This document shows, piece after piece, positions 1 through 13,131 of a stretch of DNA of 64,000 nt. Both the position numbers and the translations under genes were made by a program. This stretch comes from Eledone cirrhosa (taxonomy: Eukaryota): NCBI GenBank assembly GCA_964016885.1, contig OZ024741.1, positions 170,562,001-170,626,000 of the forward strand, read 5' to 3'. The notes beneath the pieces were generated by a model that worked only from the letters and a program-made list of their open reading frames with translations, ran no database searches and was not told the DNA's origin. The number at the start of each line of letters is the position of its first letter. Position 1 is the stretch's first letter.

Positions 1-616
1 CTAATGTAGGCGGGAAGCCGCTGGAATTGGTTGAGGACTTCCTGTATTTGGGAGCAAAATTGGGAATACGGAGGATGATGTGGTTGAGAGGAAGAGCAAG
101 GCCTGGGCGGCGTGCCACAGCTTGAGATCGGTGTGGAAGTCGGACCTTCGTAGAGACCTGAAAATCCGCCTCTTCATCGCTGTAGTGGAGTCTGTGCTGC
201 TGTATGGGTCTGAGACTTGGACACTGACCAAGAAACTCACTCAGATGAGGGATGGGTGCTACACGTGAATGCTGAGGATGGCTCTGAACATTAATCAGTA
301 TACACTGAGGATGAAAAACTCAGAGCTGTATGGGAGCATCCCAAAAGTCAGCTCAAAAGTGACACAGAGGAGACTGAGGTTGGCTGGACATGCTCACTGA
401 CATCCAGAGTTGACATTGCACTCAGTGCTCCTTTGGGATCCCCTACATGGACACACTAGAAGAGGAAGACCAAGGTTAACATATGTTGATGCCCTAAGGA
501 CAGACACTGGTCTGTTGGAGATGCAGGATATGGCAGCGATAATGAGGGACAGAGACCGCTGGAGAGAACTCGTCCATGGATCTCGGGAATTTTACCCGCC
601 TTAGATAGATAGATAT
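1..616 (+). mobile_element. RTE-clade LINE 3' portion (RT thumb/C-terminus, interrupted), ending in a (TAGA)n tail
   Basis: Translation gives LKIRLFIAVVESVLLYGSETWTLT...DGCYT*MLRMALNI and RRLRLAGH...VLLWDPLHG...RGRPRLTYVDAL..DTG...MRDRDRWR, typical RTE C-terminal motifs. In-frame stops are present. (TAGA)n follows at 602-616. Confidence 0.9.
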
Positions 617-852
617 ATGTGTTTGTGTCTATATTGTATCTGTATTTTTTATCGTTGGTCAGTCAATGGTAACATTGAGGAACGAATGAATTAAATTAAC
701 CGATATAAAAGACACAGAAGCGAAAAGCGAAAACCAACCAAACAGTGAGTATGTTCTGTTATTAATTCTGGCAATATTACATAAATATGACTCTCCCCAA
801 GTATAACAATATTTGTTTCGACACACGATTTCATATCAAAAACCTCGCAAAG
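617..852 (+). mobile_element. Naiad-type PLE pseudo-LTR fragment ending in the ORF N-terminus, abutting (TA)n
   Basis: Near-identical to 32795-33035. Contains ATG ACT CTC CCC AAG TAT AAC (MTLPKYNNICFDTRFHI). Confidence 0.8.
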
Positions 853-853
853 C

Positions 854-884
<31 letters not shown>

Positions 885-1037
885 GAATAATCGAGAATCG
901 GAATATCAGCCTACGAAATCACGATAAACATAATCCGACATGTGTGGCAGAGGGCTCAATAATTTGGATAAATCAGAACTATAACCATCGTTAAATTACC
1001 AACACATAGAGATTATATATATATATATATATATATT

Positions 1038-1252
1038 TATTAAAATAACAGATTAAAGTTTAAGCAAAGAATCGCTGCTTTCACCCTTAATGGGATCATC
1101 TGAAACACCCGTTAAGGGTGAAAGCAGCGATTCTTTGCTTAAACTTTAATCTGTTATTTTAATATATATTTGCTCTACGGTTCTTATATATTTGATATAT
1201 ATTTATCCTTATCGAGCCCTCTTTGGATTTTAGTCTTCAAATTTATTATTAT

Positions 1253-1256
<4 letters not shown>
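1038..1256. repeat. Fold-back element between (TA)n tracts: ~57-bp inverted arms (1038-1094/1108-1164), 13-nt loop, plus a tail shared with 13002-13090 and with Helitron copies at 39762 and 40597
   Basis: tattaaaataacagattaaagtttaagcaaagaatcgctgctttcacccttaatggg is followed by its near-perfect reverse complement. Confidence 0.85.
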
Positions 1257-1310
<54 letters not shown>

Positions 1311-1536
1311 CTGTATGTGTGTGTAATAAAAACAATAATGGTATGCCATATAATTATATTCTTCAAACAGTGGGCAACAACATTTAACATCAGAAATATA
1401 ATGTTTATGTATCGTCAGTAAATATAGGATCCCAGTATGTGGCAGATGTCATTTAGTGAGCATTTGAACTTATACGCAGAAAACAAATCCGGCAAATTCA
1501 AACTCATCTAATTTTACTCTTGTTTAATGAAAACTA

Positions 1537-1790
1537 GTGGAGGCACGTGGCCTAGTGGTAAATGGTTACGATCATAATGTCGTATGTTCGATTCCTGGGA
1601 TGCGTGTTGTGTTCTTGAGCAAAACACTTCATTGCACGTTATTCCAGTATACTCAGCTGAAAATGAGTACCAGCAATAGCTAGGGGTTAAACTCTGTGAT
1701 GGACTGGCGTCCTGTCCAGAGTAGGTATGTACTCTCAGTTGCTGCACGCCATGAAACCGGGATAAGCTCCGGCCAAATGAGCCTTCTGGC
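1537..1790 (+). mobile_element. tRNA-derived SINE family B (Meta/V-domain-like body)
   Basis: A box TGGCCTAGTGG and B box GTTCGATTCC. Body has gtgttcttgagcaaaacactt and gatggactggcgtcctgtccag. Homologous to 16880-17020 and 22068-22303. Confidence 0.8.
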
Positions 1791-2029
1791 TTAGACATTT
1801 TAGTGAAAACTACAGATCATACTTGGATAAATAAAGAAAATGTTTATAAAGAACCAGACATCAAATACATAACAAGACATTCATATTTTGTTCATTCTGT
1901 CACACGGCATATCAAATAAAGTTAATGCTCATGAAGTCAGGACTGTCGCATAATATATTCGCTGGACCAAGGAAGGCTTAAGCTTTGGCGTAATTATTTC
2001 TGGTATTATTTCAAACTCAAAATGCACCG

Positions 2030-2750
2030 ACTTTGTGGAGCAGTGTGTTGTGGGGAGCAGGCCTGCACTAAGGCGGCAAAATAACTGGTGAAAACTGAAC
2101 ATATCAACATATGCTCCACAATAGAATGAGTGTGATTCAGATAGGCGGATCCCGAAGCGCTGTGTCACTTCAATGCGAGTGCATACCTCGTCAAGTAGGT
2201 TACGGGTTGGTAAGGAAGGCAAATAATTGAGACAGAGTGGAGGCAGGCAAGAAGGACTCGATCCGACTAAAGATGTACTTGCACGACGTCGTCGCAGTTA
2301 CGTTAGACATTGGAATAGAGCAAAGCTTTCTTCGGTAAAATCAGCCAGAGCTGGCTCCAGCTCCATGGCCATGTCACCTTTTGTCGTCTTGTGGAAGGTC
2401 TCGTTAATGAGAATGAGGCTGGAGAAAATTGCAGAGAGATAGGTTGGCAGTCCCAAGTCCAGAGTGAATCTAAGGTTGAGGCCGCCGAATCTAACGGAGC
2501 TTTGACTTTTGCCATTCGGCGGTATGAAATTAAGCATAGCAAATGAGGTCAGCACAACTTCGGATGGTAGCATTGTGTTCGTTGAGGCGATCTGCTTGAG
2601 GAGGCCTGGCGCACAACGTACGTAGCCTAGAGATGTATTTGTGGAGAGCGAAGAACTACCTCAGGAGGAAGAGCACTGGGTGCATCTCCATGAATTGCAA
2701 TCTTTACCCCATCCTCATGATGTCTGCATACTTGATCTCCAGGCACTCAC
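2030..2750 (-). mobile_element. CRE-clade non-LTR retrotransposon fragment (post-RT region and CCHC finger), degenerate
   Basis: SVRFGGLNLRFTLDLGLPTYLS and LPTRNLLDEVCTRIEVTQRFGIRLSESHSFYCGAYVD..HQLFCRLSAG match the CRE pattern LP.R.GGLG.R...LA..A.L.S / LRLG...H.C.CG..VD...H.L.C...G. Confidence 0.7.
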
Positions 2751-3130
2751 CTATGTGTTTGAAATACTTATAATGTTTAATAGATATATATTTACCAAAC
2801 AATCTTTCATTAAAAATGTAAAATGTTTTTTTTTCATATATCTTTCTTTGTGCATCTTCTTTCTTCACAAATAACCCGAAGAATTGTTGTTCTGGAATCG
2901 AAAATGTTTTCAGAAAAATGACGACAACAACAACACAAAAAATAGAATAACGTAAATGAAAATAATTACGATAATAGAATTCAATTTGGTATTCACAGAG
3001 ACAAAAAGAAATGGGAGCGATGCGAAATTCGTTTTAAACGGCATCAGCAAAATATATATAATTACAATCTACATTTTAGTTTTGTTCGTTACAAACGAGG
3101 AATATTGCAGAACACACAAACTAAAACCAC

Positions 3131-3257
3131 TTGGCAGCTCAGTCGCAATTATACCCGAGGTAAGGTTTGCTTTTCATCCTTACGGGCTCGATAAAATAAA
3201 GCACCAGTAATGCACTAGGGTAATTGATGGCCTTGTGCCAAAAGTAGAAATAATTAT
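3131..3257 (+). mobile_element. SINE family A, partial copy
   Basis: Contains ttttcatccttacgggctcgataaaataaagcaccagtaatgcac...ggccttgtgccaaaagtagaaa. Confidence 0.85.
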
Positions 3258-3404
3258 TACTCTATTTTTATTGGAATAATTTTAATAACAAGCACATATC
3301 CTGGTTGTAATTCCCTTCTTCGTTTGTCAACGTCTTTCAATAACCCTCTGTAGATCTCTCGGTGTGTTCCCTATATCTATACGTTGTTTTTGTGGTCAGA
3401 GTTA

Positions 3405-3475
3405 TCTTTGTTTAGGCAAAATTACTCCTCCAAAATACAGCAATATCTGCTTCGAATCACGGTTTCACATCACGA
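3405..3475 (+). mobile_element. Diverged Naiad-type PLE ORF N-terminus fragment
   Basis: Encodes ITPPKYSNICFESRFHIT, homologous to MTLPKYNNICFDTRFHIK at 32970-33030. Confidence 0.6.
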
Positions 3476-4082
3476 AAAAGAAAAAAAAACAAAACAAACG
3501 CCAAACAAAAACAAGAAGACAAACATGGAATTACAAACTATGGAAATTAATTAACATTCAGTGAGACTTGTGTGCTATTGTTGATAACATTCGGTTAATT
3601 AGTTAATTCAATTCAAAAATAATATTTTGGCGATGTATCCTTAATATCTAATGTAATTCAACACATTTGGAATCTTTGGCAAATATTCTTTCACTGGTGA
3701 AAGAATATATTACTGGTCAGTAATTTATTCGTAATTCATTTTATCGAATTTGGCAAGTTGAAAGGCAAAGTCCACCCCATCAGTTTTTGAGAACAGTCAA
3801 CAGCGTACAATATTTTGTCTGCCATCCAATCGTCCCTGCCAATAATAATAGTGTAACGCAATGCTACAGATGATACATTGATATATTTTTTCCTGGAGTG
3901 AATGTAACTGGTTGTGTGCTTGGTACTTATTTCGCCTGACAGCGACAACAACTACAAATTCATGACAAGCTTTCTCCGGGTTCCTACGAGAAAGTGACCT
4001 ATACTTGATTGCCGTTGCAACGGAACCCTTCTCGATTTCGATCTTCGAAAGTCTGGTTCAACTATCTACTATTAATATACGA

Positions 4083-4273
4083 TGGTGGTGGATTAGCAGT
4101 ATCGGTAGAGGCGTCGGACGCCATGTTTTGACGCATAGAGTTACGGCTCTTGCCATTCTGAGTTCAAATCCCACCGAGGTTAACTTTGCCTTTCATCCTT
4201 ACGGGGTCGATAAAATAAAGTACCAGTAATGTACTGGATAATTACTGGCCTTGTGCCAAAAGTAGAAACAATT
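4083..4273 (+). mobile_element. SINE family A (tRNA head, Nin/Deu-like core gcctttcatccttacggggtcgataaaataaagtaccag)
   Basis: A box TAGCAGTATCGG and B box GAGTTCAAATCC. About 20 copies occur in the window. Confidence 0.9.
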
Positions 4274-6042
4274 AATATACGCGCAAAATAAATTTTGGGG
4301 GAGATCTATAGCCTGTGGATAACAAATTCAATAAAAGTTTGATAAAATAATATTTTGTGGTAGTTATTCCGGTACTTAGCTGTCTGACTTAAAATCCTGC
4401 AGTAGTCACCTTTGCCCTTCATGATTTTGATAAAGAAACAACTAGTCTGAGGTGGTATTTCAGTGGAATTGTTACAGCATTCCAAGGGATGCCTTACGGC
4501 GCCTGTTCCAGCGCTTTGAGTCCTGATAGCAATGTTTGAGTCAAGAATGATACCAAACTGTATTCTCCTTGAACAATAACTCTTGCGTGGACAGGTGAGA
4601 TTTAGTCTTCTTAAAAACTTACTTAACCATGCACCGAAGAGTGGAATGCTTCTGATGCAGATCAATAGTCTTGAAAGACATGCGAAGACTTCGGATGCAA
4701 ACAAGTGAATGTCGACTAGACAGACTAGATTTGAACTCAGAATGGAAAAATAAAGATACCCTATTGGAAATCTGAGAGACGCTCTCTATCATCTACAATT
4801 CTTCATATTTTGCATTAGAAATTATTTCAGATTGTAATTTGTTTGCATAGATTTCCATTGAAAATACACGTAACAAGTATGTAAATAACTAAAATGTATC
4901 TAAAACTACGTGTTCTAAACTGGAAAATATCTGTCTTATTTTTGTACAAATGTTTTAGAGATGGCTTATAGTTATACTAAATTGCCAGTTCATTAAGGAG
5001 AAAAGAAAATTCCATATCTTCTGTTCATTGAGTGTTATCATAAGAAGCTAAATTTGGAATTCTATTAAAATCCTTTCCTGTTTTAGTTTTCTTATATTGT
5101 AAGATGATGAAAGTACATATTCAGCATTTATACAAAATATAAAATGGTGATTAATTATCGTTGTATTATTTCCTTTTGCTCATTTCAATTTACTCTCAGT
5201 CAGTGCTTAATTTGCTTAAGGCTAAAGTTTTATGAAGTAGAAAAAACATACAAGCAAACATGAATAAATATTTGATCAGTTTCTTTCTGGTGCATGCACA
5301 AAGGTTTAAGTAAATTTCCTTGAATTATGTAGTAAGGAATAACTTCACTATTATTCAAGAATATTTTCTACGTTTCAAGCCGATTCGTCATCATAATATT
5401 AATGGAACTGCTAGACGTTTTATTTTGGACAGAGTAGTTATCTATAGAGCTTTGAAATGCAACATAGTCAGCAGATATAAATAAACATTTAATGAATTAC
5501 CTAAACTGATATACGAGTTTCATAGAAATTTCTAGTTATAAGAAAATGTAATATCTATGAATCGATTAACTAATCTATTATCCTGTTGCTATCTTCAATC
5601 AGGTTTTTTGCTAGCATGTGTAGTGTGTATATTGATATTATACGCAAGTATATATGCATGTAGATATGATACATCAAATAAAATCGTAATTGACAATATA
5701 AACAGAAATTGAACAAAGACGTTGTTACACTGTCTTATATAATCAGTAACGTAATCCATGATACATTAAAAAAGACGATATTATATATAAACTGTATTAG
5801 GAGAAAATTAGTGACAGAAAATTAGTATGTTTATTTAAGTGATCGCCACCGGAAGTGTTGACATCACACACTCTCTCTTTCTATATATATGGTAATTGAA
5901 GTGGTGGTGGTGGCAACAATATGCCGGAAGTGCAACATTGAAAAGAAGTCAATTTTAAATTATTTATTTTTACGAAATTATTTTTGTTTACGTAATTTCG
6001 TAGATAAATTATGTAATATTCAGTCATTATTTATTCAAACTA

Positions 6043-6232
6043 AGGGCGGTGAATTGGCAGTATCGGTAGAGGGTCGGACGCCATGCTTTCCAGCATAGTT
6101 ACGTCCCTTTACGATCTGAGTTCAAATCCCGCCACGGTTAACTTTGCCTTTCATCCTTACGGGGTCGATAAAATAAAGTACCAGTAATGCACTGGGTAAT
6201 TGCTGGCCTTGTGCCTAAAGTAGAAACAATTA
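6043..6232 (+). mobile_element. SINE family A, full length
   Basis: A box TGGCAGTATCGG, B box GAGTTCAAATCC, conserved core and tail. Confidence 0.9.
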
Positions 6233-6479
6233 TTTATTCAAACTAATCCAACTTATTTTACTAACGGGATAAAAAAATAAACCGTACGCAGTCCCGCAGA
6301 CCTTCCTTTATTATAGTTTAGATGCACACGGTTGTTCATGCTTTTAAAGATTTTATTCAATATTATCAACCTTAATACGTATTTCATTCTGGTATATATT
6401 TTAGTTGTCTGACCGGCAAAATTGGCTTTTTGACATAAAGGGACTCAACACAACACACTGGTATAAGCACCCACTTAGA

Positions 6480-6671
6480 TGCATTGGCAGTGTCGGTAGA
6501 GCGTCAGACACTATGGTTTGCAGCATAGAGTTATAGTCGTTAACGTTTTGAGTTCAAATCCCGCCAAGGTTAATTTTGCCTTTCATCCTTAGGGGTCGAT
6601 AAAATAAAGCACCAGTAATGCACCGAAGTAATTGCTGGCCTTGTACCAAAAGTAGACACAGTTATTATTAA

Positions 6672-6705
<34 letters not shown>
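6480..6705 (+). mobile_element. SINE family A with (TTA)n tail
   Basis: Same boxes and core, followed by a (TTA)n run at about 6662-6704. Confidence 0.9.
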
Positions 6706-6979
6706 GGCTGTCAAACAATGTAGACATGTTTTTGGAGCTCCCCAAAAGTGGTAAATTTTCAGTTTATTTTAATTTATAATAATTGTTGCATTGTTCCGTC
6801 TTTGCCCTGTGTAGAGGCGACCTGAATAATATTTGGGCCTTTTGGCGCAAATATTTGAACGTGTGAAAAAAAAAAAAATCTCTAAAAAATAAGAAAAAAC
6901 ATGGCTGAGCCACGTCCCTCAACTTTAAGTCTGCTCTCGTGTGACAGTGAGTTAAACGTTGAAAGGAGGGAACGGCAAA

Positions 6980-9455
6980 CAATCATTTAATCTAAAAACA
7001 CATTTAGCAACACCACCATAAATAACAAGAACAACTACAGCAACAATAGCAACAGTGAGAACAATAACCTTTAAAAAATGACAGCACCAACCACAGCAGT
7101 AACAGCGACAACCAAAAGACAGACAACAGAAATAATGACAACAAAAACAACAACGAAATTAACACCACTATCAGGTACATAAACAACGATATCACCAACA
7201 GCAACAATACCAACTGCACCGAGAACAACAACAAGAATGACGACAACACCAACAAGAATATAGTCAACGAAAAACAGGAAAACAGCAACAACAAAAAGAA
7301 GGACGACAACAACAGCATCAAGAAAATGCGTACTTTCGCTACCACTGTATCAAAAAGCCAAACGCAGTACGATTTTGACCTTACAGAAAAAAAAGAATGT
7401 TTGGCCTAAGCGGAAAAATCTATAACAAGAGTGAAAAGCTGGGCCAAATTAAACGTCCCGATAGAAGTAATGACACCCTCCTCGACGTTAAATTTACAAA
7501 GAGAGAAAGTGGTTCGGGAGTGGTTTGGAGATTCCTCTCCAAATCAGACCGGAACACATAAAAACATACCACATCACATCAAACTACCGGACGTGTACGA
7601 AATCCAGGTAGACACGCAGGGCAAACGACTGCATTGTTTCGTATGTGGTGAAGCCACACACCTGAGAGCCTTTTGCCCCCAATTAAAAAGTGCAGGGGGC
7701 TGCGAACGTCCGTTGTTGCCAACATCGGTGTAGGGAGGAGGGACAACACCAGCAGCAACAGAAAATGAAACAGCACCATTAACAAGGACAATTAAATCCA
7801 CCCAGGTTGTCGCTCAAACAAGCACTCCTTCCCCTCTTTCAAACACGCACACACAGATCAAAGCGAACACATCTATAAACACACGTTCACGCCACTCTGA
7901 TACAGAGTCCTCAGACACTAGTTCCACCACTTCTCCGAGTGAAGATGAAGGGGAACCCCCAAAACCTAAAAAGAAAAAAGGAACGTACAAAAAGAAAAAG
8001 AAAAATACAGCTCCACACACACACCAACAAGCACACAAAACACACTTACAGCAAATACAGACACCCACAACAACACCAACTCAACGACCGTCAAGAACAC
8101 CGGCACAAGTACAAGTTATCCCAAACAAAAGAAAATACATGCAGACACGAACAACAACTGTCACGCCCAACTTCATGTTACTAAGGAGGGCCAGCAATCA
8201 ACTCATGGCCCATGTAACACGAAGTAAAGACGTTGCGAAAGAGGGAGATATTTTTGACACCTGCACCCGAAAAGTGCCCCAAACACTGCGATTGGTGCGG
8301 TTGCCAATACAAACTCATAAAAATATTAGGGAGAGTTTTCCCGACGACGTGGAAACCTCTAATGTAAAAGCTACGAGAAGGCGCCTGAAGGTGTTCCCAA
8401 TGGAAACCCCCACCAACCATAGAGGTCAAACCAACCGACCTCCACAAGACTCCGGGAGGTAAGTAAACCTTTCCTCTCTGACTTAGCCTACCAACATGGC
8501 CATATTAAGAGTAGAATGCTTAAATGTTCGTGGTCTTGGGTCACCCTGGAAGCAGGGTCACCTGCTCAACGATCTCAGGTCTCGAGAAATGGATGTAATT
8601 ACCCCCAGCGAGATCAGGATTTCCGCCACGACACACGTCAATAATAATTTAGTTAAGCAAAAGTTGACACGGGGGGGGGGGGTGCACCTGGAAAGGCGAG
8701 TCCATGCCTTCCAACAGCGTCACTGGTCGCTAGGCGGATGGACCAGTAAAGTTGCTCGCGGTTTGGTTTGGGCCAGACCTCCAGGTGGATAAGAATTGGG
8801 ACGAGGTGACGGACAGTCTCACCCAGAAATAGGCTGCAAGGAAGCTATTACTGAAAGGTCGGGTGGAGGTGGTGAATGCGTACCTCTCGTCCGTAATCTA
8901 CTACCGCCTGACCGTCGTACCTTGCCCCCGTCCGCGCCTCGCCTAGTTGGAACGGCTTCTCTTCAAATTCTTTTGTAGGGGACTGGTTCCGTTGGTGAGG
9001 TGGTTCAAATGCTGCCAGCACCCTCTATGTGGAGGGCTGGGTGTGCCGTGGCTAATGCGCAAGCATGCGTTGACGCTGCAGCATCTCCAGATATTCTGAC
9101 TAAACGGTGAACAGGTGTGGTCGTTGTTTTAGCGGCCCGTCTCTTTGACTTAGTCGTAGTCCTGAGTCAGGAAGAGACCATGAATGGGTGAATGGAATCT
9201 GGAATGATGCCAGTCACTTGCTGCCCTCTACAAGGCAAGCAATGCGGTCAGTGGAACTACCCTTCTCAAGTTCTACAGAGGATTAGTGGTGGGCAATTGT
9301 GACGACTCACTAGGAGAAGCTCTGGGCGTCGACGAAGTCTAACTAACCAGTCTGTTCCGGAGGACTTTTGAGCCGGGGGCGATGGATAACTTCCAAAATT
9401 CCCTCGCTTGTCAGTGCTACCGAGGGGCACTGCCGGTTCGAGATAATCTCTACAG
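6980..9455 (+). mobile_element. L1/Tx1-clade LINE relic: ORF1 with CCHC knuckle, start of ORF2 APE endonuclease, large internal deletion, then RT C-terminus/zf-RVT
   Basis: CFVCGEATHLRAFC zinc knuckle near 7633-7675. MAILRVECLNVRGL...D.I..SE at 8496 is APE domain I/II. GVWFGPDLQVDKNWDEV..RKLLLKGRVEVVNAYLSSVIYYRL...GGLGVP and FQNSLACQCYRGALPVRDNL follow. Confidence 0.8.
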
Positions 9456-9720
9456 GCTACTGACGTTATGATCTTGTGAAGGAACTCGGCACTACGGGAT
9501 CCAAAAGGGCCTGATGTCTCGAAGTCGACTGTTGCGAAGAAGAAGAGTGCTACTGCACCAGGGTTTGTCATCGAAGCGACTCAGTTAGAGGAGGAGAACG
9601 TGTCACAACATGTGGCGTCCCAGATAAGAGATCTACCTCCAAAAAGGAAGAGGGTAATTCCTTCGAGGCGCTTGCCATCTCCACGTTTCAGGCTTGCTGG
9701 CGCCAGTTGTGATGGGATTT
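9455..9720 (-). mobile_element. CRE-clade LINE fragment (RLE domain)
   Basis: Minus strand reads RGDGKRLEGITLFLFGGRSLIWDATCCDTF...ETSGPFG, matching the R(P)DG.T..P...GR.L.WDAT RLE motif. Confidence 0.75.
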
Positions 9721-10477
9721 ATGCCCCGATCAACGACACGAATTCAAATCCACCTGACTCCACTGCCAACAACACAAACATTTCCTAGGCAGTAGTCACT
9801 TCTATGACAGGCCTGACAAAATAGTTATAGAAAATAATTCTCAAAGCAGAGGAAATGAGGGAAGGAAAGGCAGATGGTGCAACTCCTGATTTAACCCACA
9901 AGAAAAACGTTAAAGCCGTAATGACACGCATCATCAACACTAACATCATCACCCACACCCGAAACCACCAAATCAACAATCAGTATCACCACCACAACTA
10001 CCACAATCGGCACCACCACCAAATCCACCATCAATCTCATCGCCATCTCCACAGACGCCACAGACACCACCAATACCACCGACATCACATACACCACAGG
10101 CACCACAGATACCACCGACATCAACAAAATGTAAAATTTAACAAAATCCACACTCCAAACAAAATCAGCAATAATAACAAAAGGAAACCCACCAAGGAAT
10201 GACAAATTACGCAGCCATAAACACAAAAACACGATAATTTAAGAAAACCACATGCAAACATTATAGAAAATAACTACATAACACCGACAATAATTATGTG
10301 AACGTACATAAAAATTAAGTCACGCAAGACAAATAGACACAAATAAAACTGAAATTCAACTGGAAATATCTGAGGGCCCGTCATAAAAGTATATGCAGCT
10401 ATATTCTTGTAGAAATGTCCGCAATAATTTCGGTGCTAAGACTGCACATTCACAGAGTCATTGTGGTACACATTATA

Positions 10478-10668
10478 GTGGTGGATTGGCAGTATCGGAA
10501 GAGGGTCGGACACCATGCTTTGACGCATAGAGTTACGGCCCCTGCCATTCTGAGTTCAAATCCCGCCGAGGTTAACTTTGCCTTTCATCCTTACGGGGTC
10601 GATAAAATAAAGTACCAGTAATTCAGTGGAATAATAGCTGGCCTTGTGCCAAAAGTAGAAACAATTAT
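10478..10668 (+). mobile_element. SINE family A
   Basis: A/B boxes, core and tail. Confidence 0.9.
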
Positions 10669-11148
10669 CTGATCTGATTGTTTGGAAACACTCTGGCAAT
10701 CAGTTCTTGTCCTGTGTTAATGATATGGCCAAATGACAACTAACTGAATCTGATCGTTGATTTGTGGATTGCTGTTGTCGTCCTTTTAGGGGTCATAAGA
10801 AAACGCACCGATCAGCCAGTTCGCTATACTTGTGGCTTGTTCTCCTGCTCGGGCAGTAGAAAAAATGTGCTCGATCAGCAATTTCTCTAATTTGCAGCTG
10901 TTCTTCAATTAGTAGTTCTCATGTAGCAGCAGACCTTTGTCTCACAGTCTCACACGGACCAGCGTGTCATACGATAGATCATACGATCACTGATTATTTG
11001 ATTCTATTTCACCTTTCCACTTTAAAAGTATCTAACTTTTAGTCTAGCGTCACACTTTATTTTTAGTTTTATTTTATATTTATATCGTATTTTTCAAAAT
11101 ATTTATATTCATTTGATATTTTACATCTCTATAATTTTGGTATTATAT

Positions 11149-11292
11149 AGGGCGGTGGATTGGCAGTATCGGTAGAGAGTCGGATGCCATGCTTTCCAGC
11201 ATAGTTATGTCATCCTTACGGGGTCGATAAAATAAAGTACCAGTAATGCACTGAGTAATTGCTGGCCTTGTGCCTAAAGTAAAAACAATTAT
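11149..11292 (+). mobile_element. SINE family A, internally deleted
   Basis: Head joined directly to the catccttacggggtcgataaa core. Confidence 0.85.
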
Positions 11293-11399
11293 ATACTCTA
11301 TGTTATTATATCATTATACTACACAGTTATTCCTTTACTTTTCCATTTGATTGAATATTATATAATACTACACCACATAGTCCTTTCCATATAAAATAT

Positions 11400-11545
11400 A
11401 ATTGTTTCTACTTTTGGTACAAGGCCAGCAATTATCACAGTACATTACTGGTACTTTATTTTATCGACCCCGTAAGGATGAAAAGCAAAGTTGACCGCGG
11501 CGGGATTTGAACTCAGAATGGCAAAGGCCGTAACATTATGCGTTA
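11400..11545 (-). mobile_element. SINE family A, 5'-truncated
   Basis: Reverse complement of the core and tail. Confidence 0.85.
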
Positions 11546-12147
11546 ATATATAATATAATATTCAGTGACCCCTATAATCAGTAATAGTTGCGGATTTAAT
11601 TTAACTTGATTTGATTTAATTTAAATTGAATCAGAAATAACTTCAACTATACATTTTCTACCTAAATATAACTATATGTAACCACTCTCTCATAATTTAT
11701 AGCACCACGGAGGCAACTAAGAATATCTAATATCCTACCTATATATCTATCATCATATCATATGCGTGGATATTGTATGAGTTTGGGAGTTTCGTTAATC
11801 CCACGACCGACAACGTGTGGTTGTTTGAGTAACGCGCTGTTCAGACTGACCTTCGTTATATACCTTCAGTGCTTGAATTGATTAATTAATTAACCTATTT
11901 TCCCTTCCTTCGCGATTTCAATATACTCGGTTAGTAGTAACCTATTTACTTATTTCGCAGTGATATACTGGATTACGTGGCTGGTTGAAAATAAACCTCA
12001 CCAAATTCGGCCCTCAATACAAGCGAAGTAACTTGGCAACCCCTTATTCTTCCAATAATGTACTTTCGTAAAAAATAACTACCTTTATTAAAATTTATTT
12101 AATATAAATTTAGCACATAGTATTTGTACATTCTCGTAAACATTATT

Positions 12148-12340
12148 GTGGTGGAAGGTCAATATCGATAGAGATTCAGACACCATGCTTTGCAGCATAG
12201 AGTTAAGACCCTTTACAGTCTGAGTTCAAAACTCGCCGAGGTTAACTTTGCCTTTCATCCTTACGGGGTCGATAAAATAAAGCACCAGTAACGCACTGGG
12301 TCGATTTAATCGACTTTCCCCTCCCCCAAATTATTGGTCA
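12148..12340 (+). mobile_element. SINE family A, alternative tail variant (gtcgatttaatcgact...cctcccccaaa)
   Basis: The same tail variant occurs at 62460-62655. Confidence 0.85.
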
Positions 12341-12479
12341 TTATTGATTTTGAAAATTACTTATCATTTATATTTTTATATTTAAAACCCCTATTTTATT
12401 CTTGTCATTATTTATTTATTTCATTATTATATTTTAAATTTTTTGCTGTTTTTTTCGATTTAAAAATTTTTCATAGCTC

Positions 12480-12909
12480 TGCTCCTCTTTAAATACCTTC
12501 ATGGTGGACTGGCTTGTCGAAGTGACGTCTAATAGATTAATACCTTTGCAGTGGGTATAATTAATAGATGGAATTATCTGGATGGATATTTCTCTGTCAC
12601 CACTTGGCAACCCATATCCCCTCCACTACATCGACTAGCCCGCAGAGATGGCACCAAGTGTCATTTGGGGACCGACCGTCTGTTATTGATATAACACCAA
12701 ATTAGCAGGCTGTCCTTCGACCGAATTTTCTCTTTCTAAATTCTATTCTATGTTTGGGTTTAACCTAATACTTTTAATTAATTCTGCAAAAAATACTTGA
12801 TAACGTCGCCTATTGTTGTATCATAATTGGATGATAAAGCTGGGCCATCAAAATATGTAGTGTTTTCTCGGAATTAAAATTCTAAAATATGCCAGTTTGG
12901 CCTCCTGTT

Positions 12910-12912
<3 letters not shown>
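12480..12912 (+). repeat. Dispersed repeat ending at (TA)n, homologous to 29610-30010; probable PLE pseudo-LTR with a decayed hammerhead
   Basis: Shared blocks ttggcaaccc, atataacac.aaatt.gcaggctgtcc, tatgta..gtgtttt..cggaattaaaattctaaa. Confidence 0.55.
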
Positions 12913-12985
<73 letters not shown>

Positions 12986-13085
12986 TTATTTTTAATAAAT
13001 ATTTGCTCTACGGTTCTTATATATTTGATATATATTTATCCTTATCGAACCCTCTTTGGATTTTAGTCTTCAAATTTATCATTGT

Positions 13086-13131
<46 letters not shown>

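Noticed and set aside
1070-1105. Hammerhead-like CAGATGA-tccc-attaa-gggt-GAAA on the minus strand (similar CAGANGA at about 40155 and 63088)
   Set aside because: Core U4 is replaced, and I could not build a UH cleavage site or stem I. Kept only as a fold-back.
4306-4704. 132-aa minus-strand ORF
   Set aside because: No recognisable motif. It may be a very decayed LINE piece but cannot be supported.
6043-6135. tRNA genes
   Set aside because: The A/B boxes belong to SINE heads fused to a repeated body, and no cloverleaf forms.
9855-10202. His-rich ORF
   Set aside because: Low-complexity (CAC/CAT/AAC)n sequence with no splice or domain evidence.
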